Positions 1-12,070 of a stretch of DNA of 64,000 nt are shown piece after piece. A program made the translations under genes and the position numbers. Position 1 is the stretch's first letter, and every line of letters begins with the position of its first letter. This DNA is from Eledone cirrhosa (taxonomy: Eukaryota). The notes below the pieces were generated by a model. It saw nothing but the letters and a program-made list of their open reading frames with translations. It searched no databases and was not told where the DNA came from. The DNA is taken from contig OZ024754.1 in NCBI GenBank assembly GCA_964016885.1, positions 42,470,001 through 42,534,000 on the forward strand. Reading direction: 5' to 3'.

Positions 1-993
1 ACAAACACAAAGAACATAAAATCTTAGTTCCACACATGTGGGAAAAGAGAAGAGAATGTCTCAATGTATCGGATGTTAGTCTTTCATCAAGAAAGAGTAA
101 AGTTAGGGGAGAGAAAGGAAGTTGAAAGGTTGGAAAAGATATTAGAATAAGGTATGGCTTGACCTGCCTCAAAAAGTTTCATCCTAACCCATATCAACAT
201 GGTGAAAGCAAATATATAAATGATGATGATGGTGATGATGAATTAAATCTCACTTGGCATTTGAAAACTTGCAAAAAGACTTTATAAGAAAATAGGAAAA
301 AAAACCCTCCCATCAGCTGACAAAATTCTAAGATATGGGTGATATGAAACAAGACATATAGTTTTGATAATAACAGTTAAGTGAAAGATTATCTCATGTG
401 ACGGCAGGCACCCTGATAGGAGCTATCACTGAGTATTTATTAATACTCTATAATAGTCTATTAAGTGAATGGTTAAGATAAGGAGGATAAGCAGGCAACC
501 ATAAATGGCTGCTATCCAAGCAGACTCATTGGTCAATTTAGCAGTGATAGAGAATTTTGTAGTTGGTTAGATTTCAGCAGGAGTCTTGATAAGTTATAAG
601 AAATTGTAATGAGATAATGGAAGATTGAAAAAATAAGAAAATGAAACAGTCTAGCTATTTAACAGATAGGAGAGGAGATATTTTCTTTTCTTTGAGAGAG
701 AGAGTGTGTGTGTGTGTGTGTGGGGGGGGGGGTTATTTGAAATGTACTGTGTATGTGTGTGTATATATGTATATATATATAGATGTTAAATGATGATGAT
801 ATATATATATATATACACACACAATTGGCAGTAGATAGACAGAGATAACGATAGAAAGAAATACCACCATCATTAATTATTATCATTATCATTATTTTTA
901 TTATCATTTTCTAAGAAAAAATGTGATATCTTTCATACTAGTATTTAAAAAGAAATAAAAGATATATTTTAGTGGAAAATTATTTTCTTGGTA

Positions 994-1403
994 GTTATAA
1001 AATAGCAATGGTATAACTTTTATTATCCAATGGTTACACACTGGAAGAAGACAATCCAGTATTTATTGTTATAAAAGAGCAATGGTATAACTTTTGTTAT
1101 CCAATGGTTACACACTGGAAGAAGACAATCCAGTATTTATTGTTATAAAATAGCAATGGTATAACTTTTGTTATCCAATGGTTACACACTGGAAGAAGAC
1201 AATCCAGTATTTATTGTTATAAAATAGCAATGGTATAACTTTTGTTATCCAATGGTTACACACTGGAAGAAGACAATCCAGTATTTATTGTTATAAAAGA
1301 CCAATGGTATAACTTTTGTTATCCAATGGTTACACACTGGAAGAAGACAATCCAGTATTTATTGTTATAAAATAGCAATGGTATAACTTTTGATATCCAA
1401 TGG
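994..1403. repeat. 74-bp minisatellite, about 5.5 copies
   Basis: Unit starts gttataaaa at 994, 1068, 1142, 1216, 1290, 1364. Confidence 0.95.
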
Positions 1404-2573
1404 AAATATTACTCTAACAATTCCACTAATCCACCACCATGGTTTGGTACTTTTATCAACTTCAAATGGATGAAAGGCAAAGTTGACTTTAGTGGGATTT
1501 GAACTGAGAACACAAAGAACGTGAACACACACTGCAAGATATTATCTGATGCTCTAGCAACTCTACCAGTTTCCATCTCTTAGTCAAATGGTACTAGCAA
1601 AATAATAGTTTCAGGGCACAAAAGTGAAATATGAGACAGATGTGAACCAACTGACAAAATAGAAATCAACTTTTAGGCTGCTGAAGCTGTTGACCTTTCA
1701 GGAAACAACATCCCACTTTAATATAAATAATTGCCATATTTATACTAAACACAGTTATTCATGCTTTCTCATGTTGATATTAACTGATTACATAAGTGAT
1801 CAGAACAGTTATTAGGAAGTAAAAAGTGTGCAGAAGCACTGAATGACAGCCATGACAATCTTGTTTTACCCCCATACAGACATTTTAAACAGATTTAAAC
1901 AACAGAGTGAATTTGGCAGAGCTGTTAGAATGTTGGATAGAATGCAATGTGATATTCCTTGCATCTCTCTTCACTCCTACCAAAGTAAACTCTGCCTTTC
2001 ATCCTTTCAATGAAGTTCATTCTTTCTCTCTATCTCACTTCTCTATCATGCACTCTTTGGGAGAAATTAACTGTTTTCAGACCTGGAGTGGAATGAACTC
2101 CAATAGTTTTAAGTGACTAAGAAGGGGCTACTATAATGTTATCAGGATTTTAGGGCCTAACTATACAAACAAATAAGTATTTTCATAATTTCATTTTTGT
2201 TCACATCCCTGATGTGATTGAAAAGACCTCTCTATCCTTATTTAGCATGGTTTCTATAGCTTGATGCCTTTCCTAATACCAACCAGTTTACAGAGTGTAC
2301 ATGGTGTATTTTATTGAGACCAGCATTAGTGAGGTTACCACATCCTTGATGTAACTGAACAATTTCCTTTACCATGGTTTCTATAGCTTGATGTCCTTAA
2401 TACCAACAAGTTTACAGAGTGTACAGGGTGTATTTTATTGTGAGACCAGCATTAGTGAGATTACCATATTCTTGATGTAACTGAACAGTTTCCTTTTTAC
2501 AGCTGGATGCCCTTCCTAATGCAAACCATGTAATATGGTGTACTGCGTTTCAATATAACTATATATATATATA

Positions 2574-2611
<38 letters not shown>

Positions 2612-3901
2612 TATATATATTAAATAGATCATGACTTTCTAGTATCCAACATTTTAAACATGGAGAGGTTCTATGACTATTTCCAAATATGTTATGGAAA
2701 CTGTACATTACTTCTAAAGTAATGAGAATTACATTTGTTCAATCATCTAAGTTTACTCAGTGCACACTATACTAATTAATTCTTACTCAACTTATGTAAT
2801 TTCTTCATTTGGCTTCATGCCTTAGGCATGAATTAACATACAAATGTTTCTTGACTCTCAAATGTAAAAATCATCTATTTTTATACATAGTATTTTTTAG
2901 TCATTTAAATAATACTAAAACTCCAGCTCCACAGGCAAGATATACTATTCAATCCATTTCAGAGTTCTTATAAAAATAAAGAACAAATGAATAACAATAG
3001 AATGCTATAAGGAAGCTGTACTACAGTATAGAGGCAGCAGCAGCACCTGGGTATCTAGTACCCTAGGCTAACCCTACAATATACGTCCCCTTTCTCCCAG
3101 TTATATGTGCTCTATTCTCCCAAATAAAATAATTTCAGCTTACAGTTTGTTAAGCTGATGAACTTTTTGACATTTCTTGCTCTGACCACACTAAGAAAAT
3201 TACTAACCCTGCATTTTCTACTACACAGTCCACACACACCTATGCCACATCCTAATACCATACAACCCTTTACACTGATTTGGAGATTTCTGCAATCCTG
3301 CTTTGTGGCAAAGATGTTTAATGATTTATTTATTGATCACAGGAAATTATTATATATTTAATTATACAATTTTATATAAAACTGTCATCCTTTAAGGTTC
3401 AGTTATGGACCTCTGTGAGGTCGGTGCCCTATGAGGCTTCTTAGTTGGCCTCAATGGTAGTGCTGGTTGTATATAGTGGTACTTGAAACATTTGACTCAA
3501 ATCATGTATTAAATGGTTTGTAACTGAGTTGGATATTCTTCCATACAGTATTTGTTATGTGGAGTCGATTCTGTCTCTATATCTCTCATTTCCTCCTTCT
3601 CTCCTTCTTTGAAGAAATTAGTTGTTTTCAGACCTGGAGAGGGGATGGGCTCTACTGGGTTTAAAAGTGCCCCAAACATGCCTTATGTCATGACAGCACT
3701 CCTACAACTCCATTAGAAGTCACTCTCTCTCTCGCTCTCTTAGTCACACACTCACACAACAAAAGTTTCTTAGGTAAATTTCTGATAGGAAGTTTTAATT
3801 TAAATACAAATACTCCATGACAAAATATTTGTGTCACAAAACCAAAGCTGTCTCAGAAGGGTTAAAATTATAAGCAATAAAAAAAAAAGGTGTGAACTTA
3901 C

Positions 3902-4050
3902 AATTCTTGTCGAAGTCTTCGAACTTTAGCTTTACAATCTGCTAATTCTACAACAAGATGATGTTTCTCCGGACTTCCAGTAGTCCAAGATGAGTTTCCG
4001 TCAATCTGTGATTGGTAAATTTCTTGTTCTTGCTTAAGTTCCGAAACAGC
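3902..4050 (-). CDS. CCDC88: CCDC88-like coding exon (probable exon 7), 149 nt, phase 0 to 2
   Basis: ttatatttag|GCTGTTTCG...CAAGAATT|gtaagt; AVSELKQEQEIYQSQIDGNSSWTTGSPEKHHLVVELADCKAKVRRLRQE(L). Confidence 0.95.
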
Positions 4051-4182
4051 CTAAATATAATCAGTAAATAAAAGTAAGTTAAAGTTATTTTATGTTTTTT
4101 TTTGTCTTGAGATAGTGGCAGATACCACTTCACTCTACTTCTTGCCATCAATTCTATTTATTTCTCTCAAGTTTATCACAAA

Positions 4183-4680
4183 TCATCATCATCAACATTT
4201 TATGTCTGCTTTCCCATGTTTGCATGGGTTTTCTCCAGCATGGTTTCCCTCCACATATTTGCCATCATTCATCATCTCTTCTCTGAGACTCAGCGATTTG
4301 ACATCCACTCTCACCACTACAGCCCAGATTTTTCCCCAGTCTTCCTCTACTGCAACTTCCTTCCCTTGGAAATTGCTAGAACTTCATCCAGCAATTGTCA
4401 TTCATATGCATCATGTGTGTCCATACTTGTGCAATCTTTTCTCTAATTCATTACATTTCATTCCTCTTATACCTAGTTTTTCTTTCATCTTCTCCGTGCT
4501 TCACCGTTTACACACACTAACATTACACATCCATTGGAGCATGCTCGCTTCATTTCTTTCCAGCCTTCACATATCCTCTACATTTTCACCCCTATCTCAC
4601 TACCATCCTGTTTGCCACACAGGTGTTATACAACATATTGTCCTTCATACATACAGTTTTTATTCTAAGGAACAAAGTGT
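4183..4680 (-). mobile_element. Decayed 3' end of an RTE-clade LINE
   Basis: Minus strand shows frameshifted remnants of the RL..YGH.M.M and GRP..TW region, ending in cccatgcaaacatgggaaagcagacataaaatgttgatgatgatga, the same (TGA)n tail as other copies. Confidence 0.75.
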
Positions 4681-4683
4681 TAA

Positions 4684-4978
4684 ATGATGATGTGATGAGG
4701 ATGATTATGATGACGACAATGGTGATGAGGATGATATGATGACGACGATGGTGGTGGTGGTGATGGTGATGAGGATATGATGGTGATATGGTGATGATGG
4801 TGGTGTTGATGGTGGTGGTGTTGATGATGATAATGATGGTGATGATGATAATGATGGTGATGATATGATGATGGTGATGATATGATGATGGTGATGGTGG
4901 TGATGATGATGAGGCTACTGATGATGATGATGAGGCTACTGATGATGATGCTGTTGCTACTACCGATGATGATGATGA
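4684..4978. repeat. Compound (GAT)/(GGT) trinucleotide tract
   Basis: Direct inspection; source of the spurious poly-His and poly-Met ORFs. Confidence 0.95.
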
Positions 4979-5517
4979 ACCTAGTTACCCCCAACACCCA
5001 CAGGGACTACAAGAGGGTGACAACAGGTAGATTCATGGTAGCCAGTCATGTCACAGTGTCTACAGGTGCACTTGTGTTCATGAAGTATGTTGGGGTTATG
5101 GTTGGGAAATCCAAACAAATATCAATTAAGGAGATTAACTGTAAACTACAACAGTAGTAATTATGTTGAGTCTATGTGGCTGGGGCAATGATGCAGAACA
5201 TTTCTAATAAATACAGTAAAGAGTGCTGGGGAGGGGCAAAGGTGTGCTGGGAGGGAGGAAGGGTTGCTGGGGAGGGGCGAAGGAGAGTTGGGGGAGAATT
5301 AGTGAGTCAATATTTGTTGGAAGGTGTATAATTTTACTGGGAAACCGGACAAGATTTCTACTTTGTTTACCAAGAGAGTCAGTCAGTACATTTGTTGTGA
5401 GAAAGATATACACAATCTGACCACCAATATATCAATGTGATCACCAATCAATCTGATCACCAAGTGAAGTAACCCGTCTTTACTTTTAATTTTATATATA
5501 CATACACACACATATGC

Positions 5518-5766
5518 TGCGTGCAGGAGAGGCGGTTACGCTGGTATGGACATGTGATGCGTATGAAGGATGACAGCTGCATAAAAAGGTGCAGAGCACT
5601 AGAAGTTGATGGAAACCGCGGAGTGGGGAGACCCAAGATGACTTGGGATGAGGTGATAAAAGCCGACCTTACCCAACTACACCTCTCAAAGTCAGTGACA
5701 CACGACCGTGACTTCTGGCGTCACGCAGTAATACAGGGTACCCGACCTCCCATGGGTACATGCTGA
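5518..5766 (+). mobile_element. RTE-clade LINE ORF C-terminal fragment, still open
   Basis: QERRLRWYGHVMRM...GNRGVGRPKMTWDEVIKADL...DRDFWR is the typical RTE C-terminal motif set. Confidence 0.88.
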
Positions 5767-5804
5767 AGCATATAAACAATATGCCCCCCCCCCCCCCACC
5801 GCAA

Positions 5805-6073
5805 GGTGGTCGTGGAGGTGCCACGGCAAAAAAGCACCCAGCCCACACTGTAAAGTGGACGTGTAGGCGCCACGAAAAAGCACCCAGCACTCACTGTAAA
5901 TGAGGTTGGTGTTGGGAAGGGCATCCAGCTGTAGAAATCAAGCCAGATCAGTTCCTGTATGAGCAAGGCATGGTCAGCCGACCAGACACTGCCCACAACA
6001 GGACAACCCGTCTAACCCATGCTAGCGTGGAAGAACGGACGTAAAACGGTGATGATGATGATGATGATGATGA
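5805..6073 (+). mobile_element. RTE-related SINE or non-autonomous element body and tail (Ceph-domain-like)
   Basis: gcacccagc..cactgtaaa..ggttggtgttgggaagggcatccagctgtagaaa...tctaacccatgctagcgtggaagaacggacgtaaaac(tga)n. Related copies lie near 2245-2530(-), 25155-25240(-), 26170-26310(+), 28875-29065(-), 29160-29345(+), 44405-44625(+), 58035-58120(-). Confidence 0.75.
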
Positions 6074-6876
6074 CATACACACACACACACACATATATCA
6101 TCATCATCATTGTTTAACATCCATCTTCTACGCTAGCATGAGTTAGACGGTTTTGTTCCATATGATGCGAGATTGGTCGGGAGACCATGATATATATATA
6201 TCTGTAAAGTTTATAGAAAATGTAGGATGTTCAAGCTCAGAAAATAACTAAGTACAGTCAGTTACTATAAATAGTTTAAAAAACAAGGTAAAGACCCTTA
6301 GAGATGGAAAAAGAAGTTGGCAGCAGCTGCTACAAGGGATAAAACCTCAAGTCTCTTAAATACTGGCTGAGTGTTCAAACCATTGAGCTAAGGGGCCTCT
6401 GACAACATCTTAACCATGCAGCCATGTCTGCACATATCAGCTTATATTATGTATTAAAACAACAAGTCAAATGCAAGATATAGAGCAATGCAACAATGCA
6501 AAAGAACTTCTATTGAACATGATAGAAACAGAGTTGGGGTTGTTGTGTTAAAGCTAAATGTAGAGTAATGTATGAATAATATTATGGCAGAGACTTATTA
6601 TGAGAAACAGCTGAACATAATTATATCAGATGTAACTCATTAAAAATGAAACAGTAGAACAAAGGAAGGCAAAGAAATTGGATTAATAGTGAATGCTAAG
6701 CAAAATAAAATATTTATTTAAAACTAGTGGTTTGATTAGTGGGAAACCTGAGCCACATGTTCTTCTAGAAGGGAGAAGAAAGAATATGAATAAAACAAGA
6801 AAAGTATTTCTTCTAAGATAATTTTTTGAAATTGTTGTTTCGTCATTATGTTTGAAGTCAGAAAAATGATAGAAGC

Positions 6877-8812
6877 TCAGTCCACACTGTAAAGTGGTCG
6901 TGTAGGTGTCACGACAAAAAGCACCCAGTCCACACTGTAAAGTGGTCGTGTAGGTGTCACGACAAAAAACACCCAGTCCACACTGTAAAGTGGTCGTGTA
7001 GGTGTCACGACAAAAAGCACCCAGTCCACACTGTAAAGTGGTCGTGTAGGTATCACGACAAAAAACACCCAGTCCACACTGTAAAGTGGTCATGTAGGTG
7101 TCACGACAAAAAACAACCCAGTCCACACTGTAAAGTGGTTGTGTAGGTGTCACGACAAAAAGCACCCAGTCCACACTGTAAAGTGGTCGTGTAGGTGTCA
7201 TGACAAAAAGCACCCAGTCCACACTGTAAAGTGGTCGTGTAGGTGTCACGACAAAAAACACCCAGTCCACACTGTAAAGTGGTCGTGTAGGTGTCACGAC
7301 AAAAAACACCCAGTCCACACTGTAAAGTGGTCGTGTAGGTGTCACGACAAAAAACACCCAGTCCACACTGTAAAGTGGTCGTGTAGGTGTCACGACAAAA
7401 AGCACCCAGTCCACACTGTAAAGTGGTCGTGTAGGTATCACGACAAAAAGCACCCAGTCCACACTGTAAAGTGGTCGTGTAGGTATCACGACAAAAAACA
7501 CCCAGTCCACACTGTAAAGTGGTCGTGTAGGTATCACGACAAAAAGCACCCAGTCCACACTGTAAAGTGGTCGTGTAGGTATCACGACAAAAAACACCCA
7601 GTCCACACTGTAAAGTGGTCGTGTAGGTGTCACGACAAAAAACAACCCAGTCCACACTGTAAAGTGGTCGTGTAGGTGTCACGACAAAAAGCACCCAGTC
7701 CACACTGTAAAGTGGTCGTGTAGGTGTCATGAAAAAAAGCACCCAGTCCACACTGTAAAGTGGTCGTGTAGGTGTCACGACAAAAAACACCCAGTCCACA
7801 CTGTAAAGTGGTCGTGTAGGTGTCACGACAAAAAACACCCAGTCCACACTGTAAAGTGGTCGTGTAGGTGTCACGACAAAAAGCACCCAGTCCACACTGT
7901 AAAGTGGTCGTGTAGGTGTCACGACAAAAAGCACCCAGTCCACACTGTAAAGTGGTCGTGTAGGTATCACGACAAAAAGCACCCAGTCCACACTGTAAAG
8001 TGGTTGTGTAGGTGTCATGACAAAAAGCACCCAGTCCACACTGTAAAGTGGTCGTGTAGGTATCACGACAAAAAGCACCCAGTCCACACTGTAAAGTGGT
8101 CATGTAGGTGTCATGACAAAAAGCATTCAGTCCACACTGTAAAGTGGTCGTGTAGGTGTCATGACAAAAAGCACCCAGTCCACACTGTAAAGTGGTCGTG
8201 TAGGTGTCACGACAAAAAACACCCAGTCCACACTGTAAAGTGGTCGTGTAGGTATCACGACAAAAAACACCCCAGTCCACACTGTAAAGTGGTCATGTAG
8301 GTGTCACAACAAAAAACACCCAGTCCACACTGTAAAGTGGTCGTGTAGGTGTCATGACAAAAAGCACCCAGTCCACACTGTAAAGTGGTCGTGTAGGTAT
8401 CACGACAAAAAGCACCCAGTCCACACTGTAAAGTGGTCATGAAGGTGTCATGACAAAAAGCACCCAGTCCACACTGTAAAGTGGTCGTGTAGGTATCACG
8501 ACAAAAAGCACCCAGTCCACACTGTAAAGTGGTCATGTAGGTGTCATGACAAAAAGCATTCAGTCCACACTGTAAAGTGGTCGTGTAGGTGTCACAACAA
8601 AAAACACCCAGTCCACACTGTAAAGTGGTTGTGTAGGTGTCATGACAAAAAGCACCCAGTCCACACTGTAAAGTGGTCGTGTAGGTGTCACGACAAAAAA
8701 CACCCCAGTCCACACTGTAAAGTGGTCGTGTAGGTGTCACAACAAAAAACACCCAGTCCACACTGTAAAGTGGTCGTGTAGGTGTCACAACAAAAAGCAC
8801 CCAGTCCACACT
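6877..8812. repeat. 48-bp minisatellite, about 40 copies
   Basis: Unit cagtccacactgtaaagtggtcgtgtaggtgtcacgacaaaaagcacc; the 16-aa periodic ORFs in several frames confirm the period. Confidence 0.98.
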
Positions 8813-9329
8813 GGACTGGTACATTATTTTATAAACTCTGGAGGGATGAAAAGCAAAGTTGACTGACTTTGGCAAGATTTAAAGTCAGTCTCTGCCAATT
8901 CACCACCATTTACATGAGACATGATAGTAAAGCAATCCTGTTTGTATTTAACATTGCTTAGATGGTTCTGCAAGACTGGATATCAACAGAAATTGTTTTG
9001 GACAAACATTATACAGCAGAACATTCTTCTATTTAATCACTCAACTATGAAGTCAGCTGAGGGTAACTATAGTAATTTATATTTAATGCCAATTCTCTAT
9101 GTTAATGTGGATTACTAAGCTATTTTAATCTTTTGTTATTTTATTTGTGTACTTATATGATATGTCTTAGGTGGCAAATTGGCAGAGTTGTTAGAATGTC
9201 AGATAGAATACTTTGTGGTATTGTTTCTGCTTGCTGAGTTCAAATCCCACCATAATCAACTTTCCTGTTTACCCACTTGATGTCAATAAAAATAAAGTAC
9301 ATCTTCCTACATTACATATATCTTGTTAC

Positions 9330-9510
9330 ATACATATACATACACCTTCCTATGTATACATACATCTTCTTACGTATACATACACCTTCCTACGTATACA
9401 TACACCTTCTTACGTATACATACACCTTACTATGTATACATACACCTTACTACACATACATACACCTTACTACATAAACACACCTTGCTACATATATACA
9501 CATAAACCTT
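9330..9510. repeat. About 20-bp tandem repeat (tacgtatacatacaccttct)
   Basis: Direct inspection. Confidence 0.85.
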
Positions 9511-9593
9511 CCTAAATATATATACATACATACATACACACACATCTTGCTAGTAAACAAATGATGTAATTGCTACATAAGCCATGTACTTAC

Positions 9594-9713
9594 TTCAGCA
9601 AGTTCATCTCTTTCACTAATGAGTTTGTTTAAATGATTAAGAGATTTATCCAAATAGACATCCAGTTGCTCAGATGGGGCAGTTGGAAGTACATTTTGAG
9701 TGTCATCAGTTAC
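9594..9713 (-). CDS. CCDC88: CCDC88-like coding exon (probable exon 6), 120 nt, phase 0 to 0
   Basis: ttattttggctag|GTAACTGAT...GCTGAA|gtaagt; VTDDTQNVLPTAPSEQLDVYLDKSLNHLNKLISERDELAE. Confidence 0.93.
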
Positions 9714-9749
9714 CTAGCCAAAATAAATTATATAAAATTAATATAGTTA

Positions 9750-9807
<58 letters not shown>

Positions 9808-10632
9808 CGCTTTTGTATTTGTTTTGCGAGATTTCTTATGTGAAAACGTGTTTAAACAGACATTGTTATACTTTGGGAGGGTCATGCTGCCAATAAAACA
9901 ATTTTATATAAGAACCTTACATTAATGAAATAATTGATAATTTTCATAAATCTCACAAAATTCTTCATTAATTAATTAAAATAGAAGGTATTTCATTAGA
10001 AATACAGTGATGAAAGGGTTAATGATAAAAAAAAGTTTTAGCTAATATAAAGACTTTAAAATAAACAGTTTAGTATGATAGAATCGGTGTGGCTTAAGGT
10101 AGTTTGGTATGTAAAGGGTTATGAATAAACCAAAGCTACTCAAATAACAAAGACAATATCACATTTCTACTTATCTCAATCAGTCTTACTGATTAGAAGA
10201 TATTTACAATGAAGGACTGAATTGATACTATGAATTAGTCACACCTGTTAAACTTTGAAATAATTAACAGGTGTAATTATTTTCATTATGCTAACAAGAA
10301 TGAGAAAATCTTTGAGGTTTATGCAACTGTTTTTCATTATCACCTGTACATTAGAATATGTAATTGGAACTCAATAGCAACTTATTTATGGATTCTAGAG
10401 ACATAACTGTGTTAAGAAGTTTGCTTTGAAACCACATGGATTTAGGATCAATCCCACCATGGGATGCTTTGGGAAGTGTCTTCTATTATAGTACCTGTCT
10501 GACTAACGTCTTGTATATGAATTTGGTAGACAAACTGCAAGGTTTATGAAATTACAAAAAAAAATTTTTAAATCAATTTTCATCTTTTTATTATAATCAA
10601 ATATTTAAAAAAAAAATTAAATAATGACTTAC

Positions 10633-10775
10633 CTCCTTTATAAGTTCAACAATTGCATGCTGCACTTTAATATCTAAAGTTTTTATTTTCTCAATAAAAT
10701 ATTCCTTACGTTCACACTGAACAGCACAGCCAAGTACAAGTAAAAGAGCCTTCGTTAACTCTTCAAAACTACTAT
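10633..10775 (-). CDS. CCDC88: CCDC88-like coding exon (probable exon 5), 143 nt, phase 1 to 0
   Basis: ctacatttcag|ATAGTAGT...AAGGAG|gtaagt; [47 protein letters not shown], the HOOK-family LGCAVQC signature. Confidence 0.96.
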
Positions 10776-10842
10776 CTGAAATGTAGAATAAAATATACAT
10801 AAGAAAACAAGCTAAAGGTTTAAACTCAAATATTAGGCTTAA

Positions 10843-11184
10843 CCCTTTAACATTTACATTATATATACTATTGAGTTTAAATCCTGCCGAGGTTGACTTT
10901 GCCTTTCATCCTTACGGGGTCGATAAAATAAAGTACCAGTAATGCACTGGGTAATTTGCTGGCCTTGTGTCTAAAGTAGAAACAATTATATATACTATTG
11001 TATTTTTGTGGTAAATGCTTTATCTTACATAATTACCTCACATAATATCGAATCAATGAGATTTTGATGTAATTTGTTTTAGAACAATAGCTTATTGTAG
11101 GTATGAGCAGCCAGTTACAGCCAGTTTGAACAGAAAGAGGTGAGAGGATTCTGGCCGGATACAGCCGGTTTAAATGCTAAAGGG
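10843..11184 (-). mobile_element. piggyBac-type MITE (family A) with a nested SINE
   Basis: TTAA on both sides; TIR CCCTTTA(A/G)CATTTA; SINE fragment 10874-10984 flanked by the 16-bp TSD attatatatactattg. Confidence 0.88.
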
Positions 11185-11477
11185 TTAAAGACTGACTGAA
11201 ATGCTCCATACTCAACATAGATTTGTTTTTAGGTAATGTTTTACAGCCTGATGTCCTTCCTGGTTGGTGTAAACCTCTTTAGAGACCTCATGTGATATGT
11301 AGAGGTATGTTTGTAAAATATTAGTAGAAATAACTGATGTATATGAAGCTACACTACCACAAAAGAGATCTTTGTAGCTTAATGCTCTATCTATTTATCC
11401 AGTAGTAGACTGAGATACAGCAATTCTTCACTATCACACATACATACATACATACATATATATATATATACACATAC

Positions 11478-11556
<79 letters not shown>

Positions 11557-11789
11557 AACATATACATATTGGTTGATCTGCATAAACAAGATTCCAAATC
11601 TCATTAGCTTACTAAGTGAGGTGGAACTCATCAGATCAGACCAAGGAAACAATGTTTTCATTGGTCTTTTCAAGTGATAATATCTACCAGTTGTAATCCC
11701 TGGCAGAAGGAGCAACGTGAAATATAATAGAGATCATAATTTATTCATATTCAATTATGTATATTTATAAACAGAAAGAAATTCCACAG

Positions 11790-12070
11790 ACACGCGCAAC
11801 ATAATTCTGGGAATAGAGCCAGTGATGAATGTTGTGAAGAGAAATTGAGTGAGATGGTTGGGTCATGTGTTGAGGAAGGATGAAAGTAACTGGGTGACAG
11901 AGGAGTGATAGAAATGAATATGGAGTGGAGGAAGGTAGAGGCAGGGGAAGCTCAAAAATGACATGGCTAAGAGTGATGGGGGGGGGGGGGGGATTAAAGT
12001 TGGTGAAGTGAAATGCTGCTGATAGTGGGAGAAGCTTGTGATGAGGCCTGCCTGGCTAATTAACTTCTGT
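11790..12070 (+). mobile_element. Decayed RTE LINE 3' fragment
   Basis: gtgagatggttgggtcatgtgttgaggaag (RWLGHVLR) ... ggcaggggaagctcaaaaatgacatgg (GRG..K.TW). Confidence 0.7.

Noticed and set aside
2814-2832. 19-bp palindrome ttcatgcct-t-aggcatgaa
   Set aside because: Short and isolated; plausible by chance in 64 kb of AT-rich DNA.
1-3901. Next CCDC88 exon (expected phase 2, EEK.E-like coiled coil)
   Set aside because: No open, correctly phased candidate found by eye; the gtaag donor near 2782-2786 has an in-frame stop upstream.
4115-4687. 190-aa plus-strand ORF
   Set aside because: It is the antisense of a decayed RTE LINE 3' end.
4680-5157. Poly-His and poly-Met ORFs
   Set aside because: (GAT/GGT)n microsatellite with no splice or homology support.
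6683-8875. Long ORFs (up to 328 aa) and CRISPR-like palindromic repeats
   Set aside because: The 48-bp unit is a multiple of 3, so ORFs are open in several frames on both strands. Units are contiguous with no unique spacers, there are no cas genes, and the context is a eukaryotic intron.
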